A stretch of DNA of 63,622 nucleotides, the filler included, from Octopus bimaculoides (lineage: Eukaryota), in the NCBI RefSeq assembly GCF_001194135.2. It is 6 parts of 6 records of this genome, joined end to end, with 100 filler letters (N's around TTAATTAATTAA, not from the genome) between each part and the next. Parts side by side here need not be neighbours in the genome. Positions count along the whole stretch, not along the records: positions 1 to 27,077 come from NC_068987.1; 5 more parts are not named here. One strand, given 5' to 3'. Positions 1 to 13,309 of this stretch are shown here, one piece after another. Each line of letters opens with the position of its first letter. The stretch's first letter is position 1. Made by a program: the position numbers and the translations under genes. The notes under the pieces were generated by a model, which made no database searches, was not told where the DNA came from, and saw only the letters and a list, made by a program, of their open reading frames with translations.

Positions 1-357
1 CGAGACCTTTGGAAAAGTCTGTGCATGAGAAGACCCGACAAGCCAAGTAAGATCGTTGCCAGTGCCCCTGGACTGGCACTTGTGCGGGTGGCACAAGAGA
101 TGCACCATTTTGAGCGTGGCCATTGCCAGTACCGCCTGACTGGCTCCCGTAGGATTTTCGTGCGGGTGACACGTAAAAGCACCCACTACACTCTCTGAGT
201 GGTTGGCGTTAGGAAGGGCATCCAGCTGTAGAAACTCTGCCAAATTAGATTGGAGCCTGGTGTTGCCATCCGGTTTCACCAGTCGTCAGTCAAATCGTCC
301 AACCCATGCTAGCATGGAAAGCGGAAGTTAAACGATGATGATGATGATGATGATGAT
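1..357 (+). mobile_element. RTE-type LINE 3' end and 3' UTR with (GAT)n tail
   Basis: ORF end ...EKTRQAK*, then a UTR ending gcatggaaagcggaagttaaacgatgatgat. The same UTR recurs at about 3825, 5385, 12320, 24760 and 26200. Confidence 0.75.
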
Positions 358-417
358 GTATTATATATGCATATACATATAAATATATAGACACACATAT
401 TCACCCACACCCACACC

Positions 418-451
<34 letters not shown>

Positions 452-499
452 CGCCTACATACCAGTCTACTAACAACTGTACCTGTCCATATATAAACT

Positions 500-933
500 G
501 CAGGTTTTGGGGTACGACTACCTTCCTACTTAGGACTTTGGTTTTAGCTAGGTTGACTCTAAAGCCCTTCGATTCTAGTCCTTGCTTCCACACCTGAAAC
601 TTCTCCTCTAGTTCTGATAGTGACTCAGCAATTATTGCAAGGTCATCAGCATAGAGGAGCTCCCAGGGGAATCCTGTCTTGAATTCCTCTGTTATCGCCT
701 GGAAGACTATGATAAATAGGAGGGGGCTGAGGACTGAACCTTGGTGGAACCCTACCCCTACCCGGAATTCTTCATTGTACTCGTTGCCAACACTCACCTT
801 ACTGATAGCGTCTCTGTACATGGCTTGCACAGCTCTCACTAACCATTCTTCTATCCCTATTTTCCTCATTGACCATCAGATAAGGGATCAGGGGACCCTG
901 TCAAAGGCTTTCTCCATGTCAACGAAAGTCAGG
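500..933 (-). mobile_element. RTE-clade LINE reverse transcriptase fragment
   Basis: FVDMEKAFDRVP, HQGSVLSPLLF, LLYADDL and LRVNLAKTK-like motifs. One stop; cut by an N gap. Confidence 0.9.
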
Positions 934-1598
934 ANNNNNNNNNNNNNNNNNNNNNNNNNNNNNNNNNNNNNNNNNNNNNNNNNNNNNNNNNNNNNNNNNN
1001 NNNNNNNNNNNNNNNNNNNNNNNNNNNNNNNNNNNNNNNNNNNNNNNNNNNNNNNNNNNNNNNNNNNNNNNNNNNNNNNNNNNNNNNNNNNNNNNNNNNN
1101 NNNNNNNNNNNNNNNNNNNNNNNNNNNNNNNNNNNNNNNNNNNNNNNNNNNNNNNNNNNNNNNNNNNNNNNNNNNNNNNNNNNNNNNNNNNNNNNNNNNN
1201 NNNNNNNNNNNNNNNNNNNNNNNNNNNNNNNNNNNNNNNNNNNNNNNNNNNNNNNNNNNNNNNNNNNNNNNNNNNNNNNNNNNNNNNNNNNNNNNNNNNN
1301 NNNNNNNNNNNNNNNNNNNNNNNNNNNNNNNNNNNNNNNNNNNNNNNNNNNNNNNNNNNNNNNNNNNNNNNNNNNNNNNNNNNNNNNNNNNNNNNNNNNN
1401 NNNNNNNNNNNNNNNNNNNNNNNNNNNNNNNNNNNNNNNNTATATACACACACATACACACACACAAACATTGGTCAACCTGGAGCTACATGTGAAAGAT
1501 ACTTACCCAAGGTACCACACTGCATGATTGAAACCAAAATACATGTACTTGCAAAGCAAGCTTTTTAACCACACAGCCATGCATGCACCTTTGTGTGC

Positions 1599-1642
<44 letters not shown>

Positions 1643-1862
1643 ATGCTTGTGTGTGCATGCATGTGGGTGTGTCTGTGTGCGCGTGCAAGTATCTAGATGA
1701 ACAGATTTTAGATCATTAACCCCTTCCACAGGAAATTGGAAGCAAATGACGCTCTTTGTGTGAGGGTGATTCTTGTTTACAAATAATTGATTTATACAAT
1801 GGCAATGGATATTGCAATAAAGTAATTTGGAGAACAGAATAATGCCGGTAGTGTGAAGATGA

Positions 1863-1942
1863 GAATGATGATGATGATGATGGTGATGAGGATGATGACG
1901 ATGACAATGATGATGAAGATGATGATGACAATGACAATGACA

Positions 1943-1975
<33 letters not shown>

Positions 1976-2030
1976 CTGATGATGACGATGATGATGACAA
2001 CGATGACAACAATGACAACACTGATGATAA
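1863..2030 (+). repeat. Compound (GAT/GAC)n microsatellite
   Basis: Read directly; source of spurious poly-His/Met/Ser ORFs. Confidence 0.95.
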
Positions 2031-2087
2031 TGAGAAGTAGGATGGCTATCATGGGAAATGACAAGTGAGAAAGATTTCAACTCTGAC

Positions 2088-2273
2088 CTCTGATGCAGTC
2101 AGCACTTCAAGAATTTTGTCTTCTATCTCTTTCAGCAGTCTTTTGTTCTCAGATCCCTGCACAATCAGCTCATTCTTCTTCTCCTCTAATTTTGGTTTTT
2201 CCTTTGCTGCCACAATACCCAATAGCTGGTCTTGTAGTCCTTGTGGTGTGATCATAAAGTTTAGCATACATAC
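2088..2273 (-). CDS. DNAH3: Dynein exon K (VCMLNFMITPQGLQDQLL...ILEVLTASE), 186 nt
   Basis: Acceptor cttacag, donor GTCAGA. Confidence 0.94.
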
Positions 2274-2525
2274 CTGTAAGGAATAGCCTTGGATTATTAC
2301 CATATAACAATATACATGCATGGATACACCTTTATATACAAATACATATACACAATAGGTGCAGGATTGGCTGTGTGGTAAGTAGCTTGATTGCTAACCA
2401 CATGGTTCCGGGTTCAGGCCCACTACATGGCACCTTGGGCAAGTGTCATCTACTATAGCCTCAGGCCATCCAAAGCCTTGTGAATAGATTCAGTAGATGG
2501 AAACTGAAAAGAAGCCTGTTGTATG

Positions 2526-2574
<49 letters not shown>

Positions 2575-3937
2575 ATATGTGTATGCTTGTGTGTCTGTTT
2601 GTCTCCTCACCATCGCTTGACAACTGATGCTGGTATGTTTACGTCCATGTAACTTAGTGGTTTGGCAAAAGAGACCGATAGAATAAGCACTAGGCTTACA
2701 AAGAATAAGTCCTGGGGTCGATTTGTTTGACTAAAGGTTGTGCTTCGGCATGGCCGCAGTCACATGACTGAAACAAAAATAAAAGAATATATGTACATGG
2801 TCTGATCAATAAGTATCCGGACTGTTGCCATAGTAGCGAAGCTAAAGCACGGAGAGTAAAGTCGCTTGGCACAGATTGACGTTGGACTCTGTTGTGGCAT
2901 GGTTTCTATGGCTGGATGCCCTTCCCAACGCCAACCATTTAACAGAGTGTGTTAGGTGCTTTTTCCGTGCCACTGGCACAGATGCATTTATGTAGCACTA
3001 GCACGGGCGCATTGAAACAGCACTAGCATAGGCACTTTTTAAGTGGCACCAGCATTGTATGTGTGGAAGACAGTGATTTTACCCAGCTTGACACATCTTA
3101 TCAAGTACAACAAATCACCACATCTCCCAATTTCATTGTCACATCCTCAATGAGGCCCAGCGTCCGAAGATCCTTTCTCACCACTTAGTCCCATGTCTTC
3201 CTGCGTCTACCCCTTTCAGAAGTACCCTCCACAATTAGAGCTTGGCACTTCTAAAAGACAAACAAATGCCAAGGGAATAGAAGGAAAGCAATAAAAGCAA
3301 TAGACAAATTACCTTGACAGAAATTTCTGGCAAATAATGTGGGTTTCTTAGCCGTGTCGTAATATAGAGGCGGAACTGTGGAGAGTACTCAATCAGGTTA
3401 TCTCCAAGACGCATGTACTCCACACCTTGTTGTTTGAAGGTTGATTTTTGTAGCACTGGCTCAAGCAGAGGATCAAGCTCTTCACCGACGTTCTCCAACA
3501 ACAAAGGTAACCCAAACTGGATGCAGTTCTCCAATGTGCGCACATAGTTACTGTCAGATAACTTGATGACAGCCAGCTTGTTGGCTTTCTCCATGTTTTT
3601 TATCCACTTATTAGCTTGTCCTGAAAGTGAATCAAATGCAATCAAGCACATCAATGCAATAATATAACATAAAAAGAGATACACAAAGAAAAACACATGT
3701 GCAATGTAAAACAACCCTTCAGTTTCGAAAAGGGGATTATTAAAAGTTGGTGCTTAGCCCTAGATTCATTAAATGAAGTAGATAAAAAATCTATTTCTTC
3801 ATGGATAGAATAATAATATATAATATCAGCTGTAGAAACTCTGCCAAATCAGATTGGAGCCTGGTGTAGCCATCTGGTTTCACCAGTCCTCAGTCAAATC
3901 GTCCAACCCATGCTAGCATGGAAAGCGGACGTTAAAC

Positions 3938-3983
<46 letters not shown>

Positions 3984-6900
3984 CCCAGATGAGCTGATAC
4001 CTATTTCTGACAGCTAGGTAAATAGAGACACTATATTCTTTTATTGGGTGTATGCAGTTGAAGCAACATTAAATTAAAATAGCTATCTATGTATCATACA
4101 TAAGGTATATGCACCATTGACAGGTAAGATGCTTCAGTTTTTGTCCGAGATTAAAATTTCTAATAAACATGCTGTATTAAAAATGCAATATATATCAGAG
4201 CAGGTTATAATTTAAATTACTTAAAAACAGAAGTTAAATGTCACTGAACCAGGGGTGGTCTCAGGCAGATTGGTATCAAAAGGATTAATAGCTGTTATAT
4301 ATCAATACACAGGTACAACATTGATTGTTTTTCCAAACTAGGGATGGCCACCTTGGTGAACACACTCTAAATTAAGCAAATACTAAATTTATTTAAAAGA
4401 GTGATTGGTGTTTGGAAGGGTAGCCAGCTGTAGAAATCATGCCAAAGCTTGGTAGAGCCTACTAGCTCACCTATTCTCATCAGGCTGTCCAATCCAAGCC
4501 AGCATGGAAAAAGGGATATTAAACGATGATGGTGGTAGTGGTGGTGGTGGTGGTGGTGGTGNNNNNNNNNNNNNNNNNNNNNNNNNNNNNNNNNNNNNNN
4601 NNNNNNNTACATAACTACAAAAAAAAAAGAAACCAGTATAGGTGGACCAATCTAATACTATTCTAACAGCCGTAGCCTGAAATTTAAAGGAATTACAAAG
4701 TACTAGTTAGACAAGTGATTGACATGCCTGACCTCATCTAACCAGCTCCGTGTGATAAAGCAGTAAGCATCTGCTCCTTTATGTGACTAGGGTATTACAT
4801 AAGATCCAACATACCTTGTGGATCAATCATAAGAGGCCATCTTCGTGACTTAGAGGTGATAATAGCATTATCAATACTGAAGTTATCTGCAGGAAGCCCT
4901 GCTATCTGCCACTCGCGAATCTTCACCTGGTCACCAAGACAGGTATTGAAGGAAAAGTCTGGGGAACAAGGAATATTTTTCTCTTCACACAGTTCCACCC
5001 ATTCTTTTATGATAGTCTGCAAAATAAAAGCATGTTGCATATATGTAACAAACAAACTACAGATGTCTGACACATTGTTGATATTGTTATAGCGTAAGAT
5101 TAATGACTGTCTGCAAAATAAAATAATGTTGCAAACATGCATCATACAAACTAAAGACTTCTGACACACTGCTGATGTTACAGTGTAATGCATACACCAG
5201 ATAGCAGTTAATCTGTATCACACAATATAGATATGTTTATAGTGTAACACATTCTGTCTTTTGAGTTGCAGTGTAATGCACATGAAAAATATATGTTATA
5301 TTGTAACATACACTGTATGCTACAGAGTCATTTAATACTATAGCATCCAATGCTAAAATATTTACTGTGTAATTTTTTTTCAGTGCCACCTGACTGGCCC
5401 CTGTGCTGGTGGCATGTAAAAAGCACCCACTACACTCTCAGAGTGGTTGGTGTTAAGAATGGCACCCAGCTGTAGAAACCTTGCCAGATCAGGTTGGAGC
5501 CAGGTGCAGCCTCCTGGCTTGCCAGTCCTCAGTCAAACCATCCAACCCATACCAGCATGGAAAGTGGACGTTAAACAATGATGATAATGATGATGATAGG
5601 TACAGTGTCATGGAGATATATGTTTACAGTGTAACTGTGCATTGCATCAATAATAAAGTGAAACACAAACACATCTTTTATTTTTCTTGTGTATTTTACT
5701 AGTTTCGGTCATCAGACTGTGGCCATGCTGAGGCACCACCTTGAAGAATTTTAGTCAAATGAATCAACATGAACACATCGGTACCTAAACACATGCATAC
5801 ACAGCCACTCTCAGATACTCATGCCTACCCTATCATACACACACAAACACAATTTTCTGATGGAAAACAAAGCAAGACAAACAAGTGTAAACATCGACGA
5901 TATTAAACTCAGGACTCACTTGTCTGTAATCTACAGTAAATGCACCTAGATATGCAACTACACCAGATGCAAGCAGAACATCTCCAGTAATGCAATCATA
6001 CAATTCTCCTAGTTCTTTAGCGGCTTTTGTCCAACGGTCTTTCTCTCCCCCTAGTCCACCAATCAGCTGTTCAGCCCGGTCCAGTTTCTTGGAACAGACT
6101 TCAATGTTGTCTTCAAGTTCTTTCTTTTTCTGGGTCATTGCTTCAAATTTATCATTTAATGCTTGTAGTTTATCTGCAACCTATGGTAACAGATAAAGAG
6201 AGATGGAGAAATAGAAAAGGTGAGAGGGAGTGAGAAAGAAAGAAAAAGGTCTTGTATTGACAGATTAATTAAAAGTAGTACAAGTTAGCTATTGAATAAT
6301 TACTTACATTGACACAAAGTCGCAGATTTGCAAGGTATAGTTGACCGAATCAACTAACCTCAGCTCATGATAGGTGCATTTATTTTACATGAGAGATGGA
6401 AAAAGGCAAAGTCAACTTTGCCAGAGTTTGAACTTAAGACATAAAGTAATGTAATGAAATCAGGGACTCTCCTGTCGTAAATAACAGATGAGGGTTCAGC
6501 AATTTACTGTTGTACAAACTGCACAGGTGATTTGTTTTGGGGAATCAAACATTTGTTTTGTCCACTAGCTCACTTCCTCCATCAAATTGACATTGCCTGA
6601 ACAGGTGCATGGTTTACAACACATCAGGTGTCAAAGAGATTACAGAGTAATGTGAGATGAAAAGTTTTGCTCAAAAACACAATGCACCACCCAGTCCTAG
6701 AGTTGAAACCACAATTTTGTAATCATGAGTATAACACCTTAACCACTAGACCAGGTGTGTTCATAAAGTACCTAAATTTCAGCAATTCAAAAATCAATTG
6801 TTTCCAATGTCGGCAGAAATCTCATGGAGATTCAGCATGACACAGAATGTAACAAGGCTGGCCCTTTGAATTACAGGAACAACTCATTTGTGCCAGCTGA

Positions 6901-8009
6901 GTGGACTGGAACAACATGAAATAAAGTGTTTTGCTCAAGTGAAGGCACATGGCTCAGTGACTAGAGTGTCGAACTTACGATCGTGAGGTTGTGAGTTCGA
7001 ATCCTGGACTGGGCTGTGTGTTGTGTTCTTGAGCAAGGCACTTTATTTCATGTTGCTCCAGCTCACTCAGCTGTAGAAATGAGTTGCGACATCACTGGTG
7101 CCAAGCTGTATCAGCCTTTGCTTTTCCCTTGGATAGCATCAATGGCATGGAGATGGGAGGCCGGTATGCATGGGCGACTGCTAGTCTTCCATAAACAACC
7201 TTTCCCGGACTTGTGCCTGGAAGGGTAACTTTCTAGGTGCAATCCCGTGGTCAGTCATGACCGAAAGGGGTCTCTCTCTCAGCTAAAGGACACAATGCGT
7301 CACAGGAGACTGAACTCATGACTGTATGATCATGAGCTGAATACACTAACAACTAAACCACGTACTTTCACTTACCAACATTATGTAACAATAAAATCAA
7401 TACATACCAAAACAGACACAGGTGTGGCCCTTTGGTTGAGAAGTTTGCTTTTCACTGCACAACACCTTGGGCAGGTATCTACTACTATAGTCCTAGGCCA
7501 ACCAAATCCTTAAGAGTAAATTTAGTAGACAAAACCTGAAAGAAGCCTAATGTATGTTTGTATGTATGTATGAATGATTTACATTCTTTTTGAGAGAGTT
7601 CAAGCCAGTTGTTAACAAAGCAACAAGACTTGTTGAGTTAAAATCTCAACGTTTGAAGATATGTGGTTGAGTTGGTGTGTTGGTTAAACTGTCAATGCAT
7701 ACACCCAATTGTGTGCATCTATTCACATAAGAATCTGAGATGGAAAATCCTTGGAATGTCTCACAAATCTTCACTATACCACTAATAGATTAGATTTGGA
7801 GAATCTGTGTCAGTTTCTTTTGCTCTTGTTCCTGAAACCAAGTATTTCTAGGTTTTTGTGTTAATCTGTTGGTACATAACGTAATGCACTTATCATGAAA
7901 GGTAGAAATGAGAATTCATAGTCAGGGTACAAGAGCTGTAAGTTCTGCATTAATTCACCATAAATGTTCTTTCTCCTGGACTTTTGATGCATGTATGTGT
8001 GTATGCACA

Positions 8010-8048
<39 letters not shown>

Positions 8049-8565
8049 ACATGTGTGTGTACCCTCATCTCACATGATAACAGTGAATGAGCATCACCAT
8101 CATATAAGCGATGCTCAGTTCCAGTCATCCATACAAAACATTCTAGGCTATGGAGAAATATTACCATACTTGGAAACTGGTGAGGGTTGGCAACAGAAAG
8201 GTCATCCAGCTGTACAAAATCTACCTCAACAAATTCTGTCTGAGCCATGGAGGCATGGAAAAGTGAATGAAAAATGATGATGACAAAAATAGTTTTAAAG
8301 TGGGGGCCACATTTACCTCTTTCAGTTGTGCTCGTTTCTCATCGAGTTTCTGCATCTGCATACTCAATTCAGTTTCTGCTTCCAAAAGTTTAATTTTCTT
8401 TGGAGCCACAATTTTAGCTACTTTATCATACTGGTCCATTGCTCTGACCCAACGGCAGAGACCTTCACAGGCAGTTGATGCTTGTTTCACTACATTGGGA
8501 TCAAATTCAGGATTTGGTATATAGCTAGGAGAGAAGAAAGAACACACTAGAAATATATGTGCGTG

Positions 8566-8598
<33 letters not shown>

Positions 8599-10004
8599 AC
8601 ATAAATAATATATAAATATATGCATATATCCATACATATATGTACATACCTACATCTATATGTATACATACAGGCATATATGGGTGCAGGATATCACAAA
8701 AAACGTTAAACACAATGAGAAACGAAAACATAAAGACGAAGACAGAAAACGAACTTTTTTTTGAACAACGAAAAAAACAAACAGAGAAATGAAACATACA
8801 ACATAAAGAATATTTCCCTTCTTCAGTTGTTCCTGTTCCATCTACTTCATGTTTCGAAGGCAAGGACAATACACGACTTCATTGGAACAATCCTGCTCGC
8901 AAAGGATATTAATTAAATTTGGAATTTTTTGCGGAGGGTGAAAATGTAAACAAGAACAGGACAGTGAGAACAAGACAGTAGAAGACATGCACACACATCT
9001 ATACATATACATACACTCATATACACATATATATAATGTCTGTGTTAATCAAATTACTTTTAAGATTGTTTTTATATAATTGATAATTTTTAATAGAAGA
9101 AAACTTTTCTTTAGATATTGAGACTGTATCAAGAAATTTTTCTAAAATACTTTTTTAAACACACACACACACACACATGTACTCTAACAGAAGCTTTAAC
9201 TATTACATACACACAGTAAATATTTAACTCACCTAAAATATTGATTTCTTGTTTTCTTTGCTTGTGTTTAAATGTATACTTAATTAATGTCCCTTACAAA
9301 CACATTATTGCATGATGATGATGACAATGACAAACTATGGATGGATGGATGATTGGCTGGATGGATGGAGGGAGGGAAAGGCAGCAAGGCCTCAAAGACT
9401 AGTTAGTGACAGGAAGCAGCAAGAATATACTTAAAGCAAAGATCTGGCTTAAATTCCTGCAAGAAAGTATCTCTGCTAAAGCACCCAAGAGCCAGGTAGT
9501 AGTGCTAAATTGAGCAGAAAATTAAGTCTACTATCCAAGAAATCAGAATGCAAAGAATTGAAGCAAATACCACAAGACATCTTGGTCGATGCTCAAACAA
9601 TTCTGCTAAACCACGGACAGGTATTTTTTATTTTACCAATACCAAAACAGATGGAAGATACAGGTGACCTCAATGACAGCAGTGGTGAGGTCAACTGAAG
9701 AACACTAAGTACTGCCTGTCTGGAAACTGAAAGCAAAACCTTGCAAATTGTGAATGCAACACCCACCCAAACCACTACGCCATATTCTGTGTATGTACGA
9801 GCAAAACATTTCATTTCACATTGTTCCAGTCTATGCAGCTATAAATGGACTGGTATGCCATTCAAGGAATACCAGGGGATGTTGACCTGCCCACCTAGCC
9901 AACAGGATGACATCATTCAAAAGCTGCTACAATACAAGGAAGCACATTGTGATCAACAGTGTATAATCATATCTGATAGTTTCATTGATAGAGTGATACA
10001 AACA

Positions 10005-10045
<41 letters not shown>

Positions 10046-11249
10046 GTGTGCGCGCATGTGCGTGTGTGTGTGTGTGCATGTATGTGTGTGTGCATGTGTG
10101 TGTGTGTGTATGTGTTTACCTACAATTAGGCCTCTTCTTTTGTGTATTTGTGTGAGTGTGTATGTTTGTGTCTCCTTATTTTGACATCATGTGATTCTTG
10201 TAAATGGTAGTCATTCATTTTCAATCTTCAGCGATTACATATCTGACCATGAAAAATACTACTCTTGAGATGAGTTGGCACAGTAAGAGAAGATACTCTT
10301 TTGTGGGACAAGACTGACAACAGTATGTTTCTTAGGATCACGATACATTCCTACTGAGAAAGAAACTGAAGAGGAGCTTTGTGAGTATACAACCTATCTC
10401 TGGTGCACACTGTTTTAAGATAATAGAAGGCAGGACCCGACTAAGACTGGTTGTCTCTTTTGAACTAGAGTGATTCAATGAGTTTTCATACAAGCTAATT
10501 GTGAGTATGAGTGGGTGCTGAAAAGTTCCTGGCTTTGGGCAAAGAAAATACAGAAGGATCAGTTAAATATGATTTTATATTTAATATATTTCCCTCTTAG
10601 ATTTTTTGCAGTGGTCCTTTATTTTTTTTTAGCCCAGGAAAAGAACTCAAAAAGTTGGGCCTCCAACTAGTCTTTCATGATACCCTTAAAGTCAGGAATT
10701 TTTCAGCACCCACTCATATATGTGGTAGTGAAACAGGACAGTGCAGAAAAGATATATTGCAAGAGGTCACATTATGCATATTGTGTAGAGATGGTGGTGA
10801 TGCATGCAGCAAATATAGAGGCTTTTACAATGGGTGTACTGCTATCAGTAGACCCATGTTAGCAGTTGTCTCAATTGAAAAGTGATAAGTAGGAGTATTT
10901 CACAAAGTAAGAACAACAGTAAAATGACAACAATAATATATAATAAAACAACTACAAATATTAACAACAAGAAAAACCAACATTTTCCTGATACGGGACA
11001 TAATAGCTGGCGCTATGTTGTCTTTGTTGTAAGTTTTCAGTTTTTCCAAAAACTTCATGTCACCAAGGAGCTTCAGTGAAGGTCCCCAGTAATCATCAAA
11101 CATTTTCCCACTGCCATCAGGTTTTCTTTCAGGTTTAATCATTAACATGACACATACTGATTCCATGACCAATTTCACAACTGTTGGTGGATTCTGGAAG
11201 ATAAGACATATAATGGTTGGTCTAATAACAAAGTTTGGACCCATACACG

Positions 11250-11292
<43 letters not shown>

Positions 11293-12576
11293 CTTAGAGC
11301 AAAATAAAACAGATTTAGTTTATCTTTCTGCTAAAATCAAAAATTATATAATCTTTACATGTGTTTCACTAGCAAATACCAGTATGCTGTGAAGTAATTG
11401 TTATATAGATGATTGCATAATCACATTGAAAAGAATTAAATTACTATTTTCTTCTAAAAATTTTATGTCAATAAATTATCATAGATATCTGTCAAAAACT
11501 GAAATATGGCCTGTTTGACCACATTTAAATTTATTTCAGGATGACCACATGCTAAAAAAGAACAACAGAATTACTGCTAATTAAGGAGTCCCTACTGCTT
11601 CTAATTGAAGATAAAGGAAAATAGTGCCCTATTTGGCTGATAGAGAGGATGATTTCTGAAATAGGGAATTAGTCATAGCAGAACTTATTAAGGACTTGAG
11701 CAAGGCACAGATATAGCTTTTCACTTGATTCCACTGAGTGGCCAACCTTAGGGATGGTGTCCAGCAATAACTTTCATGGCAAGTAATTGCATTTGCAGAT
11801 CCATCCAATCCATGTATTACATGGCAAGAACTATTGTCAAAGCACAAATAATTAAAAGGAATAATGAAACAGAAATAAAGATAAAAGGATATCTCACTGT
11901 CATTGTTTTGAGCAAAGTGATGTCAGAAGGTTTCAATGTGTTGAGGGCATGAATAGCAGACTCCAGTGCAGGAATTGCTTCTGCCAAGTCACTTTCACAC
12001 TCATCTTTGATAGCCTGGGAGGCTGCAGCTGCCTCATTAGCAATTGCTTCATCAGCAGCAACGACCTGTAACAGATGATCACCATGGTAACTAATAACAA
12101 CACTGATTGACTTCAAATGAATTCTTTACTAGAGATATGAAGAAATATTAAAACTTTGGTACCATTACTATTACTACTACCACTACTATTACACAATGCT
12201 ATTACAGCTCTTACCGTCAATACACTCCCACGACTACTACCACAACAATACTGTTATTACCACTCTTACTAACACCACTACCATCACTATACTACTGTTA
12301 TTACCATTCCTACAATAGTGCCCCTGGACTGGCTCTTGTGCGGGTGGCACATAAAATACACCATTTTGAGCATGGCCGTTGCCAGTACCGCCTGACTGGC
12401 CTTCATGTGGGTGACACGTAAAAGCACCCACTACACTCTCTGAGTGGTTGGCATTAGGAAGGGCATCCAGCTGTAGAAACTCTGCCAAATCAGATTAGAG
12501 CCTGGTGTTGCCATCCGGTTTCACCAGTCCTCAGTCAAATCGTCCAACCCATGCTAGCATGGAAAGCGGACGTTAA

Positions 12577-12611
<35 letters not shown>

Positions 12612-12845
12612 ATACTACTACCACACCAACCACTACTACAACTGCTTGACATTGAATTATTGGAACATTGATTATTTTCCTTGTATTTTTCTTTTTGTCT
12701 TCTTCCTTACTAGCATTCCTCGCTTAAATGCCATCTGCTCAAAAGACAACTGATAACTGTCTAGTTCTCAGCTTAAGAAATGGGGAAATAAAATATTTTG
12801 ACCAGGAAACCCTGAGTAGCCATATTTAACAAGATTTGTGGTTTT

Positions 12846-12879
<34 letters not shown>

Positions 12880-13266
12880 TATANNNNNNNNNNNNNNNNN
12901 NNNNNNNNNNNNNNNNNNNNNNNNNNNNNNNNNNNNNNNNNNNNNNNNNNNNNNNNNNNNNNNNNNNNNNNNNNNNNNNNNNNNNNNNNNNNNNNNNNNN
13001 NNNNNNNNNNNNNNNNNNNNNNNNNNNNNNNNNNNNNNNNNNNNNNNNNNNNNNNNNNNNNNNNNNNNNNNNNNNNNNNNNNNNNNNNNNNNNNNNNNNN
13101 NNNNNNNNNNNNNNNNNNNNNNNNNNNNNNNNNNNNNNNNNNNNNNNNNNNNNNNNNNNNNNNNNNNNNNNNNNNNNNNNNNNNNNNNNNNNNNNNNNNN
13201 NNNNNNNNNNNNNNNNNNNNNNNNNNNNNNNNNNNNNNNNNNNNNNNNNNNNNNNNNNNNNNNNNN

Positions 13267-13309
<43 letters not shown>

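Noticed and set aside
8810-8870. Hammerhead half-cores on the minus strand (GAAAC ATGAA GTA ... CTGAAGA AGGG)
   Set aside because: They are in type II order but the 16 nt between them cannot form stem I. Probably a Penelope-type terminal repeat fragment, with no foldable ribozyme.
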